Of a DNA stretch of 64,000 nt, positions 37,457 through 49,372 are shown piece by piece (the stretch's first letter is position 1; the number at the start of each line of letters is the position of its first letter). Source of the DNA: Octopus sinensis (Eukaryota); NCBI RefSeq assembly GCF_006345805.1, contig NC_043018.1:21576001-21640000 (forward strand), in the 5' to 3' direction. The notes under the pieces were generated by a model, which was given only the letters and a program-made list of their open reading frames with translations, ran no database searches and was not told the DNA's origin. The position numbers and the translations under genes are program-made.

Positions 37457-38307
37457 TCTCTATATATATAAAGGGCAAAATGTCTGCGTGTGTGTCCTTT
37501 ATACAAATCCACAATTTTTCAGTTAGAGGGCTCGCATTTTCTATGGTCATTTAAAAGCACCATCCGTTCGTGGCCGTTTGCCAGCCCTGTCTGGCCCCCG
37601 TGTTGGTGGCATGTAAAAGCACCATCCGTTCGTGCCCGTTGCCAGCCTCGCCTGGCCCCCGTGCCGGTGACACGTAAAAGCACCATCCGTTTCGTGGCCG
37701 TTTGCCAGCTCTGTCTGGCCCCCGTGTTGGTGGCACGTAAAAGCACCATCCGTTCGTGTCCGTTGCCAGCCTCGCCTGGCCCCATGCTGGTGACACGTAA
37801 AAGCACCATCCGTTCGTGGCCGTTTGCCAGCTCTGTCTGGCACCTGTGCAGGTAGCACGTAAAAAGCACCCACTACACTCACGGAGTGGTTGGCGTTAGG
37901 AAGGGCATCCAGCCGTAGAAACACTGCCAGATCTGACTGGGCCTGATGAAGCCTTCCAGCTTCACAGACCCCAGTTGAACCATCCAACCCATGCTAGCAT
38001 GGAGAACGGACGCTAAATGATGATGATGATGATGATTTAAAACCATCCAAGGGTGGTCGTGCACATCTTTACATTTCCCTAGTCACCCCACAAAGCCATT
38101 AAAAAAATCAATAGAAGTGACTTTTTTGTGAATTTTCTATCCAAAACCCAATCAAAATGCCCAAAACTTGATACGCCAATTGAATGCCAGCTAGCTGTAT
38201 GGGATTGGTCAGAGATTTGGACAGTACTCGAGTGCATGTGCGCATGCACACAGCTGTATATGCATGCACTAACACTATGACCCGGCAACGCTGGGTCATA
38301 GTGCTAG
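37457..38307 (+). mobile_element. Non-autonomous Helitron carrying a nested RTE 3' end
   Basis: A|TCTCTATATATATAAA start; hairpin CACTATGACCC...GGGTCATAGTG, then CTAG|T. The sibling at 49373-49813 lacks the insert. Confidence 0.8.
37557..38034 (+). mobile_element. RTE family C 3' UTR with five ~61-bp tandem units and (ATG)n tail
   Basis: TSD ATTTAAAA at 37549-37556 and 38035-38042. Confidence 0.8.
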
Positions 38308-38315
38308 TAGAATAT

Positions 38316-38492
38316 AAAGTCAAGGGGTATAAGGTGAATATATTTATTTCACCAGTCGATATCCATTAGATGATGGCTGTTTCACAGCCAACATCATGCA
38401 AAAATAATTTATTTTAGAGTATCATAAACAACCATCATCCTATGGATATCATCTGGTGAAATAAATATATTCGTCTCATACCTCCTGACTTT
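38316..38492. repeat. Imperfect inverted repeat (~67-bp arms, 43-nt spacer)
   Basis: GAATATATTTATTTCACCAG..GATATCCAT pairs with ATGGATATC..CTGGTGAAATAAATATATTC. Confidence 0.85.
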
Positions 38493-39223
38493 CTTTGTAT
38501 GCAAACACATGGATGCATGCGTGTGCACACACACGTACACACACACAAACACACACACACACATGCAGAGTAAATGATCCAGTGATGTCAAGCCACCAAA
38601 CTTGCTCTTTCTACTTCAAATTATTCACGTTTATAAAATGTTGGTTTGATGAATAAAAATATTCTTACCCCAAACTCTGTCAATATCCAAGTTTTTCTTC
38701 TGAGATTTATTAATTTCCCTCAACAAAGGCTGAAAAGATAAAAGAAAGAAAACTAAGAATAAGATATTTTACTTTCATAGTATTTGTTTTCAGTAAAAAA
38801 AAATAAGCAAAAAAAAAACAAAACAAAAAAAAATGTTTAAACCGGGCTGTAGATCACAAGAAACCCATCTAATGCTGTCTCTGTGACATTTGCAGGGATG
38901 AAGGTCATGGCTGGAACACTTTTGATAATGTCTGCTGAAAAAAAAAAGCTTTTAAAAAAACAATTTCGTAACTTGGGAGGGTTGTTATGCCAATAATACA
39001 TGCATTGGTTCTATTTCACTTCTTTTTTCTTTTGTCAATTGGTTAACTGTTTAAAGTCTTAATTAATTGATTGATTGATTAAACATCTGGTCAATCAATC
39101 ATCTGACCTCATCTATGACAAGCTTCTGTTATTCCAGGGCTGATATTGAACCAGTGTATGTGTTTAGTGCTTATTATTGATGCAATGGCCCTTCCAAGAT
39201 AAACAAAGTATGTTTCAACAACA

Positions 39224-39640
39224 GGCACAGGTGTGGCTATGAGGTACAGGCATAGCTCTGCATGAAAAAATTTGTTTTCCAACCACATGGTCTTGAGTTC
39301 AGTCCCATTGTGTGGCACCTTGGAGGTAAGTATCTTCTACTATAGCCCCAGGCTGACCAGATGATGATGATGTGTGTATTAGTGTCTCCTTGCCTTAAAC
39401 TTCACATGATAGTTGCAAATAAATGCCACTGTCAAGCAAGCAGTGTCCATCCATGAAACATGTCTGGCTATGAAGAAATATTATCTTCCTTGGAAACAGG
39501 CAAGGGTTGGCGACAGGAAGGACATCCAGTCGTAATAAAAAAAAAACATCCATCTCAGAAGAGTCTGTTTGATCCATCCAGGCAAACATGGAGAAATAGG
39601 AATTTTACCCCCCCCCCCCAAAAAAAAACCATGATGACAA
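39224..39640 (+). mobile_element. Diverged SINE family A head with A2 tail
   Basis: Tail contains GGGTTGGCGACAGGAAGGACATCCAG. Confidence 0.7.
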
Positions 39641-40148
39641 TGACACAAGTTCACATCAAGAATCTTGCAAATCAAATGCAAAAACGATAAAAGAACAAGA
39701 ACAATAAAAAAAAAGAAAAAGCAAAAAAGACCGGTAGAAAACGTAAGATAGAAAACAACGTAAACGCCTGTAATAACTTAGCGATTGTAGTAATCAAGTA
39801 ATCTATTTTGGTAAAGAATTTAAAGCTTTTGCAAGTTGGGTTTTTTTTTCTTCTTTTTTTTATTATGTTGCAAAGATTTTTCCAGAATTCTTTGCATTCC
39901 AAAATATTTTTTCTTACATTCTTACACTCTTAAACACAACCCCAAACAATTTTCAACTACATTATTGAATCGAATCCAAAAACACATTAGCCTGCCTCAC
40001 TTCCCCTGCCATCTGCCGGCGCCAGCACCTTACATTACAAAATTTCAATTCTGAGAATGTGTCACACATAATCAAACCTAAAACAAAAAAAAAATGGATA
40101 TTAGTTCCCTACTTCTTCAAATCTAAGGAATTACAATGCAAGAATTTA

Positions 40149-41156
40149 ACCAAAAGTCTGTAGATGCCAGTCTCATGGCAAGTCAGAAACAAATTAGAAT
40201 AACTAATTAGTTGTTGTTTAACCCCAGGTCAGCCTCGATCTAGCAGACCTGTAACCAAAGGTATTTCAACAATGACTGTCTGGCCTTTTATCGAAAGTGT
40301 ATCTAGGACAACATTAACTCATGTACTCTTTCTTATTGTTGTTTAGTTCCCAAGTACTCCACCCTTTGATCAGCAGACAATTGATCAAACCTATTCCAGG
40401 CATGGCCATCCTGTCTTTTATGCAGACATAATGTATCTAGGACTACCCTGATGTAATCTCCAGGGATACAGGCATCCAGCAACAGGACCTCCGTAATGCT
40501 ATGATGGACCGTGAAGTCTGGCGTAGCATGGTAAATTCCATTGTCTCTACCATGGTCAAACAATGATGATGATGAGGAGGACTAAATGTCCTTCCATTTT
40601 TATTTTTAGATGGCAGGGTATAATTTGAAGGAGATTTAGCTGCTATTTCTAACCTGTTGAAGTTCCATCATTAACGAAGGATATCCGTCAATGACTGGTA
40701 AGATCAACCAACCTTTTGCAAGAAAGACTTGCTACTTATTCCCAATGGCTAAGTGTACCATGGACTACTGTAAATTGTGGACACTCAATGAGCTGATAAA
40801 TCCCTGAGAAGCCCTTAGGGGCCCGTGCCTGGTTTACTTAGCGCAGTATTAAACATAGATTTGATATAAGTGGCCATGTCTGGAATAGTTCTGATCAATT
40901 GTCTGCTGATAAAAGGGGTGACTTAGGAACAGCAAAGGGTGAATGACTTGGGAACTAAATAATAAGGGTTAGGGATATGTTAGTTAATGTAGTCCTAGAT
41001 GCACTTTGGATAAAATGTCGGACAATCATTACTGAAATACCTTTCATTACAGGCATGCTGGCTGAAGGCTAAGGTGGGGGTTAATCAACAACAACTAATT
41101 AGTCATTCTAATTTGTTTCTGACTTGTCATGAGACTGGCATCTACAGATTTTTGGT
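40149..41156. repeat. Long inverted duplication (arms about 40149-40408 and 40872-41156)
   Basis: Outer ~65 bp nearly identical in reverse complement, inner parts more diverged; a short RTE 3' end (about 40451-40575, +) lies in the spacer. Confidence 0.8.
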
Positions 41157-42081
41157 ATAGGGTACCATAACAGGCGTGTCTTACATAGAGGTACTACAGT
41201 AGAATTGTACATTAAATATAAGTACCAGAACAGAGGTGTACCTTACATAGAGGTACCACAACATATGTACCTTTGCATATCAGTATTGCAACTTGACATT
41301 GAAGTACCAGAACAGAGGTGAATGTTAAGCAGAAACAAACAGAACTTGTCATACAATATCATGTTCCCACCCCCAACCAATCCAATGCGGACATTTCCAC
41401 TGAGACAGGAAAACAGACAACCACTACAAACCAATATAGAATGTACACATGCACACACACACACACACACAACATATGCATGCATACACACACACAGACA
41501 TACACATAAACACACACACACACAGCTGCCATTTCATTACCAATGTTGACATGTGACGGTGGTATTATCGTCAACTGATGATTACATTGTCAAAGAGTGG
41601 ATGTTGGTGAGAGAGGAAATGATGCAAATGAAATGTCAGAAACACATCAAACCGAAAAACGGAATCCATTTCCACAGAGATGGATGGACATGACAGCTCT
41701 GTGAGACCACTTCAAAACAACACAGCGAAAAATTTAGCTTTTTATATCAAAGAGAATCTTGGCTACGGCACTGAATGAGAGAAAATCTTCACCAGCAGAG
41801 CAACAGCTTGAAGATTTTAATAAATTATTTTACTTGGAAATTCACCTAAATTAACAGAAACATGAGTTTGAGAGTAATTAAAGTTAGATTCTTTAAGTAT
41901 TAATTGAATATAGAATGATATGTAGGACAGTCCAACAGAGATATGTTGGAAACACCTGCGCACTATTGAGACATAAATTATCCAGGTAAGATTGTGTCTG
42001 TAGGATAAATGGACATAATAGAGCTAAATGTTATTTATTTGAGTTCTGAAACTTTAATTATGGTTTCCATGTTTAGCACAA

Positions 42082-42575
42082 AGACATGAAGTTATAGGAG
42101 ACGTCTTCAATGAAGACGAAGTTATAGGAGACATCTTCTATGAAGACGAAGTTATAGGAGATGTCTTCAATGAAGACATGAAGTTATAGGAGACGTCTTA
42201 ATTGAGGACATGAAGTTATAGGAGACATCTTCTATGAAGACATGAAGTTATAGGAGACATCTTCTATGAAGACATGAAGTTATAGGAGACATCTTCTATG
42301 AAGACATGAAGTTATAGGAGACATCTTCTATGAAGACATGAAGTTATTGGAGACATCTTCTATGAAGACATGAAGTTATAGGAGACGTCTTCAATGAAGA
42401 CATGAAGTTATAGGAGACGTCTTCAATGAAGACATGAAGTTATAGGAGACGTCTTCAATGAAGACGAAGTTATAGGAGACATCTTCTATGAAGACATGAA
42501 GTTATAGGAGACGTCTTCAATGAAGACGAAGTTATAGGAGACGTCTTAATTGAGGACATGAAGTTATAGGAGAGG
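42082..42575. repeat. 30/32-bp minisatellite x~16 (ATGAAGACATGAAGTTATAGGAGACGTCTTCA)
   Basis: Contiguous units with no unique spacers. Confidence 0.95.
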
Positions 42576-42646
42576 TTCATGGTAAAGATACAAAATATGA
42601 GAAAAAAGTTCACAGTTGATATATTGGACATTTCCCCACCCTGGTA

Positions 42647-43040
42647 TCATCATTGTTTAAATGTCCACTTTTCCATGTCTGCATGGATTGGATGGAGTTT
42701 ATTTTGGCAAATTTTCTATGGCTAGATGCCCTTCTTGTTGCCAACCTTCATCTGTTTTCAAGAAAGATATTTCGCTGTAGCCAGACACATTTTGGCAGAG
42801 TAATAGAAATGAATGGCATTCATTTACAATAATCATGCAATGCCAAGACAAAGAGACACAAACACATACACTCACTCACATATATATGCATGCATGTGAC
42901 AGGCTTCTTTCAGTTTCCATCTACCAAATTTACTCACAAGGCTTTGATTGGCCCAGAGCTATAATAGAAAATATTTTGCCCAAGGTGCCACACAGTCGGA
43001 CTGAACCTGAAACAATGTGGTTGAAAGCAACACAGCCACA
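42647..43040 (-). mobile_element. SINE family A head with A2 tail
   Basis: Reverse complement of the 39224-39640 organisation. Confidence 0.7.
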
Positions 43041-43252
43041 TCTGTAAGCAGCTGGAAATGGTTTTAATGAACACACCAAAAAAAAAAAGGTACTGTCAGT
43101 AATTGGTAAATTTTAAACTCACAATGTAGAGGAACAAGATTTTGGGCAACATTTAATCCAATGCCTAACCATGAGGAAGGAGAGAAACCCTGGATCACAT
43201 CCTCAGTATTTATCCAAGGGCCCTGGGTGAGGTGTGCTATTACTGGTGGAAT

Positions 43253-43638
43253 GTGGAGGCGCAATGGCCCAGTGGTTAGGGCAGCGGACTCGCGGTCATA
43301 GGATCGCGGTTTCGATTCCCAGACCGGGCGTTGTGAGTGTTTATTGAGCGAAAACACCTAAAAGTTCCACGAGGCTCCAGCAGGGGATGGTGGTGATCCC
43401 TGCTGTACTCTTTCACCACAACTTTCTCTCACTCTTACTTCCTGTTTCTGTTGTACCTGTATTTCAAAGGGCCGGCCTTGTCACTCTCTGTGTCATGCTG
43501 AATATCCCCGAGAACTACGTTAAGGGTACACGTGTCTGTGGAGTGCTCAGCCACTTACACGTTAATTTCACGAGCAGGCTGTTCTACTGATTCGGATCAA
43601 CCGGAACCCTCGTCGTCGTAACCGACGGAGTGCTTCCA
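43253..43638 (+). mobile_element. SINE family B (tail type 1), full length
   Basis: A box TGGCCCAGTGG, B box GTTTCGATTCC; 12-bp TSD TACTGGTGGAAT (43241-43252, 43639-43650). Confidence 0.9.
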
Positions 43639-43819
43639 TACTGGTGGAATAATCTGGTCCTGAAGGGCCATAGTACACTCAACTTGCAGTGGAATTCACC
43701 ATTACAGGCGCCTCTACCAAACAAAGATGACTTGCTTTCCTCAAGGTTGTCATCAAGATGATACCAAGTGCCTGGTCTACTTCTCCGGGTCTATGAACAA
43801 CAGCAAAAGCCTAGAAGCG

Positions 43820-43965
43820 GCAAGTCATGCAAGGAAATGGACAAAGTTCCCAGGAACTGTCACTTCAACATCACTAAAGCCAGGCATGGTGCTTATCTCA
43901 GAAGCATTCAAGCAGGTAGTTCTGTAGGAACTCTCCATTCCCTGGGTGGACCATACTGAAGAGGT
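43820..43965 (+). pseudogene. Relic of a restriction-like-endonuclease LINE (HERO/NeSL/R2-type) C-terminus
   Basis: KFPGTVTSTSLKPGMVLISEAFKQVVL*ELSIPWVDHTEE resembles the LRPD.VL.S...K.V.L.ELTVPWE motif. Confidence 0.55.
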
Positions 43966-44510
43966 AAACCTCAGGATAGTCCTAACTAAAATGAACCTAT
44001 TAGCTAAGACTCTCCACTTTTCACTTTGACCGGCAGATTTTAAAAATAACTTCTTTGTAACTAAACACTTTTAAAACTTTGTATACTGGTAGAATGTGTT
44101 ATATAAAACATCTTTTTCTCTTGGCTTTCTTCAGAAAATTCTGTAGTTTGTAAGCTATTTGTTGTTAAATTTCTTGCATTTCAGCAATTTCAACCAATCA
44201 ATGACGTCTATTGAGGTAAATACAATTACTGCTGTAGTTTGTCAACAAGTTCAACAACAACTTCCAGCAGTGTCTATTTAGTTTAAGAAACAAATTGAAA
44301 TGCAACAAAATAGATCGATACTAGGGTCATAATTATGGGTGGACACTAAATGAGGGGACGGTTTTGCTATCCAGCTCTGTTTACGAGTGACCCTTCAGTT
44401 TATGGTTACAAAATGTATTAAAATGCATTTATACATCACTATAAGCTTGCAAATTTCAACACCCAAACCTTATCCCCTTTTCCTTATTTCTTTCTTGTAA
44501 ACACAAGACA

Positions 44511-45050
44511 TCATCATCATCATCATCGTTGTTCGACCGTGGTCGAGACAATGGAATTTACCATGCTACGCCAGACTTCACGGTCCATCATGGCATTACG
44601 GAGGTCCTGTTGCTGGATGCCTGTATCCCTGGAGATTACATCAGGGTAGGAGAGTGTGCGCCCTCTGATATTGCGAGTAGAAATTACCTCTTTTTCAGCT
44701 CTACAACAATGTCCAGCAAACTGGACTCTCCTACCTTTCACAAGAGATGACACAGGTGGTAGTTTCCCATATATTTGCATTTTGGTTGGATGGCGGGCGC
44801 TTCCACGAGAGATTTTGAGCTCACATAAGGAGGCGAGTGTAGGTTCCATCCAACCGCCTCTCAAGCTTCTTTGATAACGTCCAGGTTTCTGAGCCATATA
44901 GTAAAATTGGTTCGACTGTGGCTTTGAATATTTCAAGTTTGAAGTCTCTACTTAGATTTGATGACCAGATCTTATGCATGTCATTACAGGCTGACCAGGC
45001 CATACCCTTTCTAGTTAGAAAGTCTTTTCCACATGATGATATGTATGACC
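44511..45050 (-). mobile_element. 5'-truncated RTE-clade LINE with (ATG)n tail
   Basis: LGSYISS...ILLYGSETWTLSKKLERRLDGTYTRLL...RRVQFAGHCCR...DREVWR; TSD CAAGACA (44504-44510, 45051-45057). Confidence 0.9.
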
Positions 45051-45327
45051 CAAGACACCCATCCACCACCAAAATCTGGGTTACACACTAAGTACATAAT
45101 TAATTTGGTGGCATTCTTTCCATATGAGTCCCATTTAGGCCACATGTATTTGTTTACATTTGAAGAAGAAGATCATCACTTTCCGTAAAATTTTTATTTT
45201 TTGATATATGTGGGGTTAGGGTCAGCTCTTCAGAAAGGTAAATAAACCCAATCTGTTTCTTAAACGAATATATAACATGTAATGTGTGTAGCTGTGCAAC
45301 AGAGAGGGAAATTAAAGCTGCATTTGT

Positions 45328-45738
45328 TTACTCTTACTCTTTTCTCTTTTACTTGTTTCAGTCATTTGACAGCGGCCATGCTGGAGCACCACCTTTAGTC
45401 GAGCAAATCGACCCCGGGACTTATTCTTTGTAAGCCCAGTACTTATTCTATCGGTCTCTTTTGCCGAACCGCTAAGTGACGGGGACGTAAACACACCAGC
45501 ATCGGTTGTCAAGCAATGCTAGGGGGACAAACACAGACACACATACACACACACACACACATATATATATACATATATACGACAGGCTTCTTTTCAGTTT
45601 CCGTCTACCAAATCCACTCACAAGGCTTTGGTCGGCCCGAGGCTATAGCAGAAGACACTTGCCCAAGATGCCACGCAGTGGGACTGAACCCGGAACCATG
45701 TGGTTGGTTAGCAAGCTACTTACCACACAGCCACTCCT
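45328..45738 (-). mobile_element. SINE family A
   Basis: Reverse complement of family A. Confidence 0.9.
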
Positions 45739-46363
45739 GTTGTGAACTTAGAATATGTGTTTATTAATAAAAGTTTAATAACGACAATCTTTTATTTATA
45801 CGAACGTAACTGATATGAAATATGTCATAAATAACAGTGACAAACTGAGTAGACACTGCAGGAAGTTGTTGTTGACAAACTACAGCAGTAATTATATTCA
45901 CCTCAATAGACGTCATTGATTGGTTGAAATTGCAGAAAAGGCAAGAAATTTAACAACAAATAGCTTACAAACTACAGAATTTTCTCAAGAAAGCCAAGAG
46001 AGAAAGATGTTTTATGTAACACATTCTACCAGTATACGAAGTTTAAAAGTGTTTAGTTACAAAGAAATTATTTTTTAAATCTGCCGGTCAAAGTGAAAAG
46101 ATCCTACCCCCCCCCCATCTATTGAACAGATATATAAATGCATCATGATAAGATGTGAGTTGAGTGATGTTCAGCTGGTGTTTCTAGCAAAGTGATTGAC
46201 CATACAGAGGCTTTCTCACTGTTTAGTGGAATGGCGGGGCGGGGGAGGTTTGGTATTGGATGGTATGCGCTGGGTGCAATCATAGCAGAGCGGTTACCAT
46301 CTAAGAAGGGGATACGGAAGACTAGATGCTTCACTGCTCTCATTATTGTTTGACAATAGAAGA

Positions 46364-46415
46364 GTTGCTAGGAAACAGATAGGTTACCAGGCAACGGTTT
46401 ATGTTGCCTGGCAGT
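46364..46415. promoter_or_regulatory. Cluster of three RFX X-box-like motifs
   Basis: GTTGCTAGGAAAC (46364-46376), GTTACCAGGCAAC (46383-46395) and GTTGCCTGGCAGT (46403-46415) in non-repetitive DNA. Confidence 0.5.
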
Positions 46416-46618
46416 GAATAACATTGAAAAAAAAAAAAAAAAAATTTAACCAACAAAATATGAAAATAGAATTCTCTTACCAAAAAACCCTTCTGCAAAC
46501 CTGTAATATCTACCCCCACTCCTCCCCCCCCCCGATACCTCTCGTCCCTATCATTTACCTACTCTCACTTCTCCCCTTGCACTATCCACTCCTACTACCT
46601 TGCAGTAAGTACCACATT

Positions 46619-46656
<38 letters not shown>

Positions 46657-46729
46657 CTCTCACATCTTTCACTATTTTACCCTCTCATACTTTTGCCTTT
46701 CTTTCACTCTCTCCCTTTCTGACACCTTT

Positions 46730-47370
46730 CAGTCTTTCTTTCTCTCTCTCTTTCTCTCACACACATACACACACATTCCCTCTCTCTCTCTCTCTCATAT
46801 CTATCAGTCTTTCTTTCTCTATCTCTTTCTCTCACACACATATACACACACATTCCCTCTCTACCTCTCTCTCTCATATCTATCAGTCTTTCTTTCTCTA
46901 TCTCTTTCTCTCACACACATACACACACATACACACACATTCCCTCTCTCTCTCTCTCATATCTATCAGTCTTTCTTTCTCTATCTCTTTCTCTCTCTCA
47001 CGTACACACACATTCCCTCTCTCTCTCTCTCTCATATCTATCAGTCTTTCTTTCTCTATCTCTTTCTCTCACACACATATACACACACATTCCCTCTCTA
47101 CCTCTCTCTCTCATATCTATCAGTCTTTCTTTCTCTATCTCTTTCTCTCACACACATACACACACATACACACACATTCCCTCTCTCTCTCTCTCTCTCA
47201 TATCTATCAGTCTTTCTTTCTCTATCTCTTTCTCTCTCTCACGTACACACACATTCCCTCTCTCTCTCTCTCTCTCTCATATCTATCAGTCTTTCTTTCT
47301 CTATCTCTTTCTCTCTCTCACGTACACACACATTCCCTCCCTCTCTCTCTCTCTCATATCTATCAGCCTT
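46730..47370. repeat. CT/CA-rich ~70-bp minisatellite x~9
   Basis: CATATCTATCAGTCTTTCTTTCTCTATCTC recurs regularly. Confidence 0.9.
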
Positions 47371-47494
47371 TCTTTCATCCCTTCGATTTCTCTCTCTCAC
47401 ATTTTGCAGTCTTTCTTTCACTCACTCACAACTTTCAGTCTGTTTCTCTGTCCTTCTTTCACACACACTCACACTCTCTCATCTTTCAGCCTTC

Positions 47495-47535
<41 letters not shown>

Positions 47536-47951
47536 TCTCTCTCTCTCTCTCTCTCAGCTTTCAGTCTCTCTCTTTCCATTTCTCAGTCTACCTTTCACAC
47601 ACATAGTCTTCCTCTCTCTCCCACTCACTCTTTTTTTTTTTTTTTTTCCCCAGTAACCTTAACAGAAAACAATCAATAAGTCTTTTTATCCCCACCCCCC
47701 TCACACTGATTCTCCGATTCTCCTCAAAGTTACCTCAACCAAACACCACCGCACACACACACTCACACACACACACAAACAGTTGGTACCAACCCAAGAT
47801 ATGACTAAGCCACAAAAAACTGACTGCTGCAACACACACACACACACACACACTAGCATTCTCTGCTGAAAAAATTAAGGAGCTGTGTGGTTATATATAG
47901 CAACTATATCCAGGTGGATGTAGATTGCATGTGTGTGTGTGTGTGTGTGTG

Positions 47952-47984
<33 letters not shown>

Positions 47985-48056
47985 TGTGTGTGTGTGTATG
48001 TGTGTATGTGTGTGTGTGTGTGTGTGTGTTGTGTGTGTGTGTGTGTGTGTGTGTGT

Positions 48057-48103
<47 letters not shown>

Positions 48104-48430
48104 ATCAATTTACAGAAATATGTCAACATTAAGTTTTCAATGAAATACCATTTAAGATTTATGAGTGTGTGTGAGGGGCGGGGCGGTAAATATAATTTGT
48201 GGAGGGTGGGTGTTGAATCAGTAATAGTTTACGCATGTGTGTATGCGTGTGTGTGTGTGTGTATGTGTGTGTGTGTGTGTGTGTGTGTTTTCAAGTTTTG
48301 CTTTTTTTTGTTCATTGATTATGTTCAAAGGGACAAACAAACAAAAAACAAAAAATACAACAAACAGATAAATATAATTAAAATATTAAATAAGGCAAAC
48401 ATTTAAATTAAATAAAGGCTAATATTAATT

Positions 48431-48842
48431 ACTCCTTTACTCCTTTACTTGTTTCAGTCATTTGACTGCGGCCATGCTGGAGCACCGCCTTTAATCGAGC
48501 AACTCGACCCCGGGACTTATTCTTTTGTAAGCCCCAGTATTTATTCTATCGGTCACTTTTGCCGAACTGCTAAGTGACGGGGACATAAACACACCAGCAT
48601 CGGTTGTCAAGCAATGCTAGGGGGACAAACACAGACACACAAATATACACGCACACACACATATATATATACATATATACGACGGGCTTCTTTCAGTTTC
48701 TGTCTACCAAATCCACTCACAAGGCTTTGGTCGGCCCGAGGCTATAGTAGAAGACACTTGCCCAAGGTGCCACGCAGTGGGACTGAACCCGGAACCATGT
48801 GGTTGGTAAGCAAGCTACTTACCACACAGCCACTCCTGCGCC
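48431..48842 (-). mobile_element. SINE family A, full length
   Basis: Reverse complement of family A. Confidence 0.9.
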
Positions 48843-49160
48843 TATTAGGTCAAATTGCAAATATATTAAATAGGACCTATATTGAAAAAGGGAATTATCG
48901 AAAAAAATTTTAGAATAAATGGTGGTTTCGAATTTTGGCACAAGGCCAGCAATTTAGAGAGGCGGGGTAAACTGGTTACATCAACTCCAATGCTCAACTG
49001 GGGCCGAATGTACTCGTGCATAGGTCGCACCCTTAGTTTCGGGTTGTCAAGATGGGTATTTGCGGTTGACTCACAAATAGGTCACGCTATAATCTGGGGA
49101 GGTCCATAACCCCTTTTTAATGTAAATATAACTAATATTTGTTAAATATTATCAAATATC

Positions 49161-49361
49161 AGCACGGATTTTTGTCAGTGAACAGGTTGCGGTCTTAAAG
49201 CGACGAAAATATTTTGACAAATTAAACTTAAATGTTGAAGTGAATCTAACGGCTTTTGTGTGTTTCTTAAATGGCTTACAAACACCTTCCACGCTGCAAT
49301 TGTTTTTGTTTCAGCCCACGATCTCAGATCAAATCACTTGCTATGCAAGTACATCTCCGTA
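49161..49361 (+). mobile_element. Penelope-like terminal fragment with degenerate minimal hammerhead
   Basis: Flanking duplication ATTATCAAATATC (49148-49160, 49362-49374); TTTGTCA-gTGAAcA-GGTTGC..GCGAC-GAAA-ATAT-TT-TGACAAA at 49171-49221; 3' part shared with 12310-12458. Confidence 0.65.
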
Positions 49362-49372
49362 ATTATCAAATA

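Larger units (their letters stand above)
44017..46100. mobile_element. ~2.1-kb non-autonomous DNA element with ~260-bp terminal inverted repeats
   Basis: 44017-44284 (CTTTTCACTTTGACCGGCAGATTT...) is the reverse complement of 45842-46100; hosts a nested RTE and a SINE A. Confidence 0.75.

Noticed and set aside
37630-37690. HDV-like ribozyme in the RTE 3' UTR units (GCCAG-CCTCGC-CTGGC loop)
   Set aside because: Could not build P1, P1.1 or a catalytic C in J4/2 by eye.
42082-42575. CRISPR-like array (also 37557-37870 and 4457-5260)
   Set aside because: No unique spacers, no cas genes, eukaryotic context.
43255-43330. tRNA gene (also heads of SINE A and D)
   Set aside because: A and B boxes are present, but there is no proper acceptor stem and the heads are fused to SINE bodies with TSDs.
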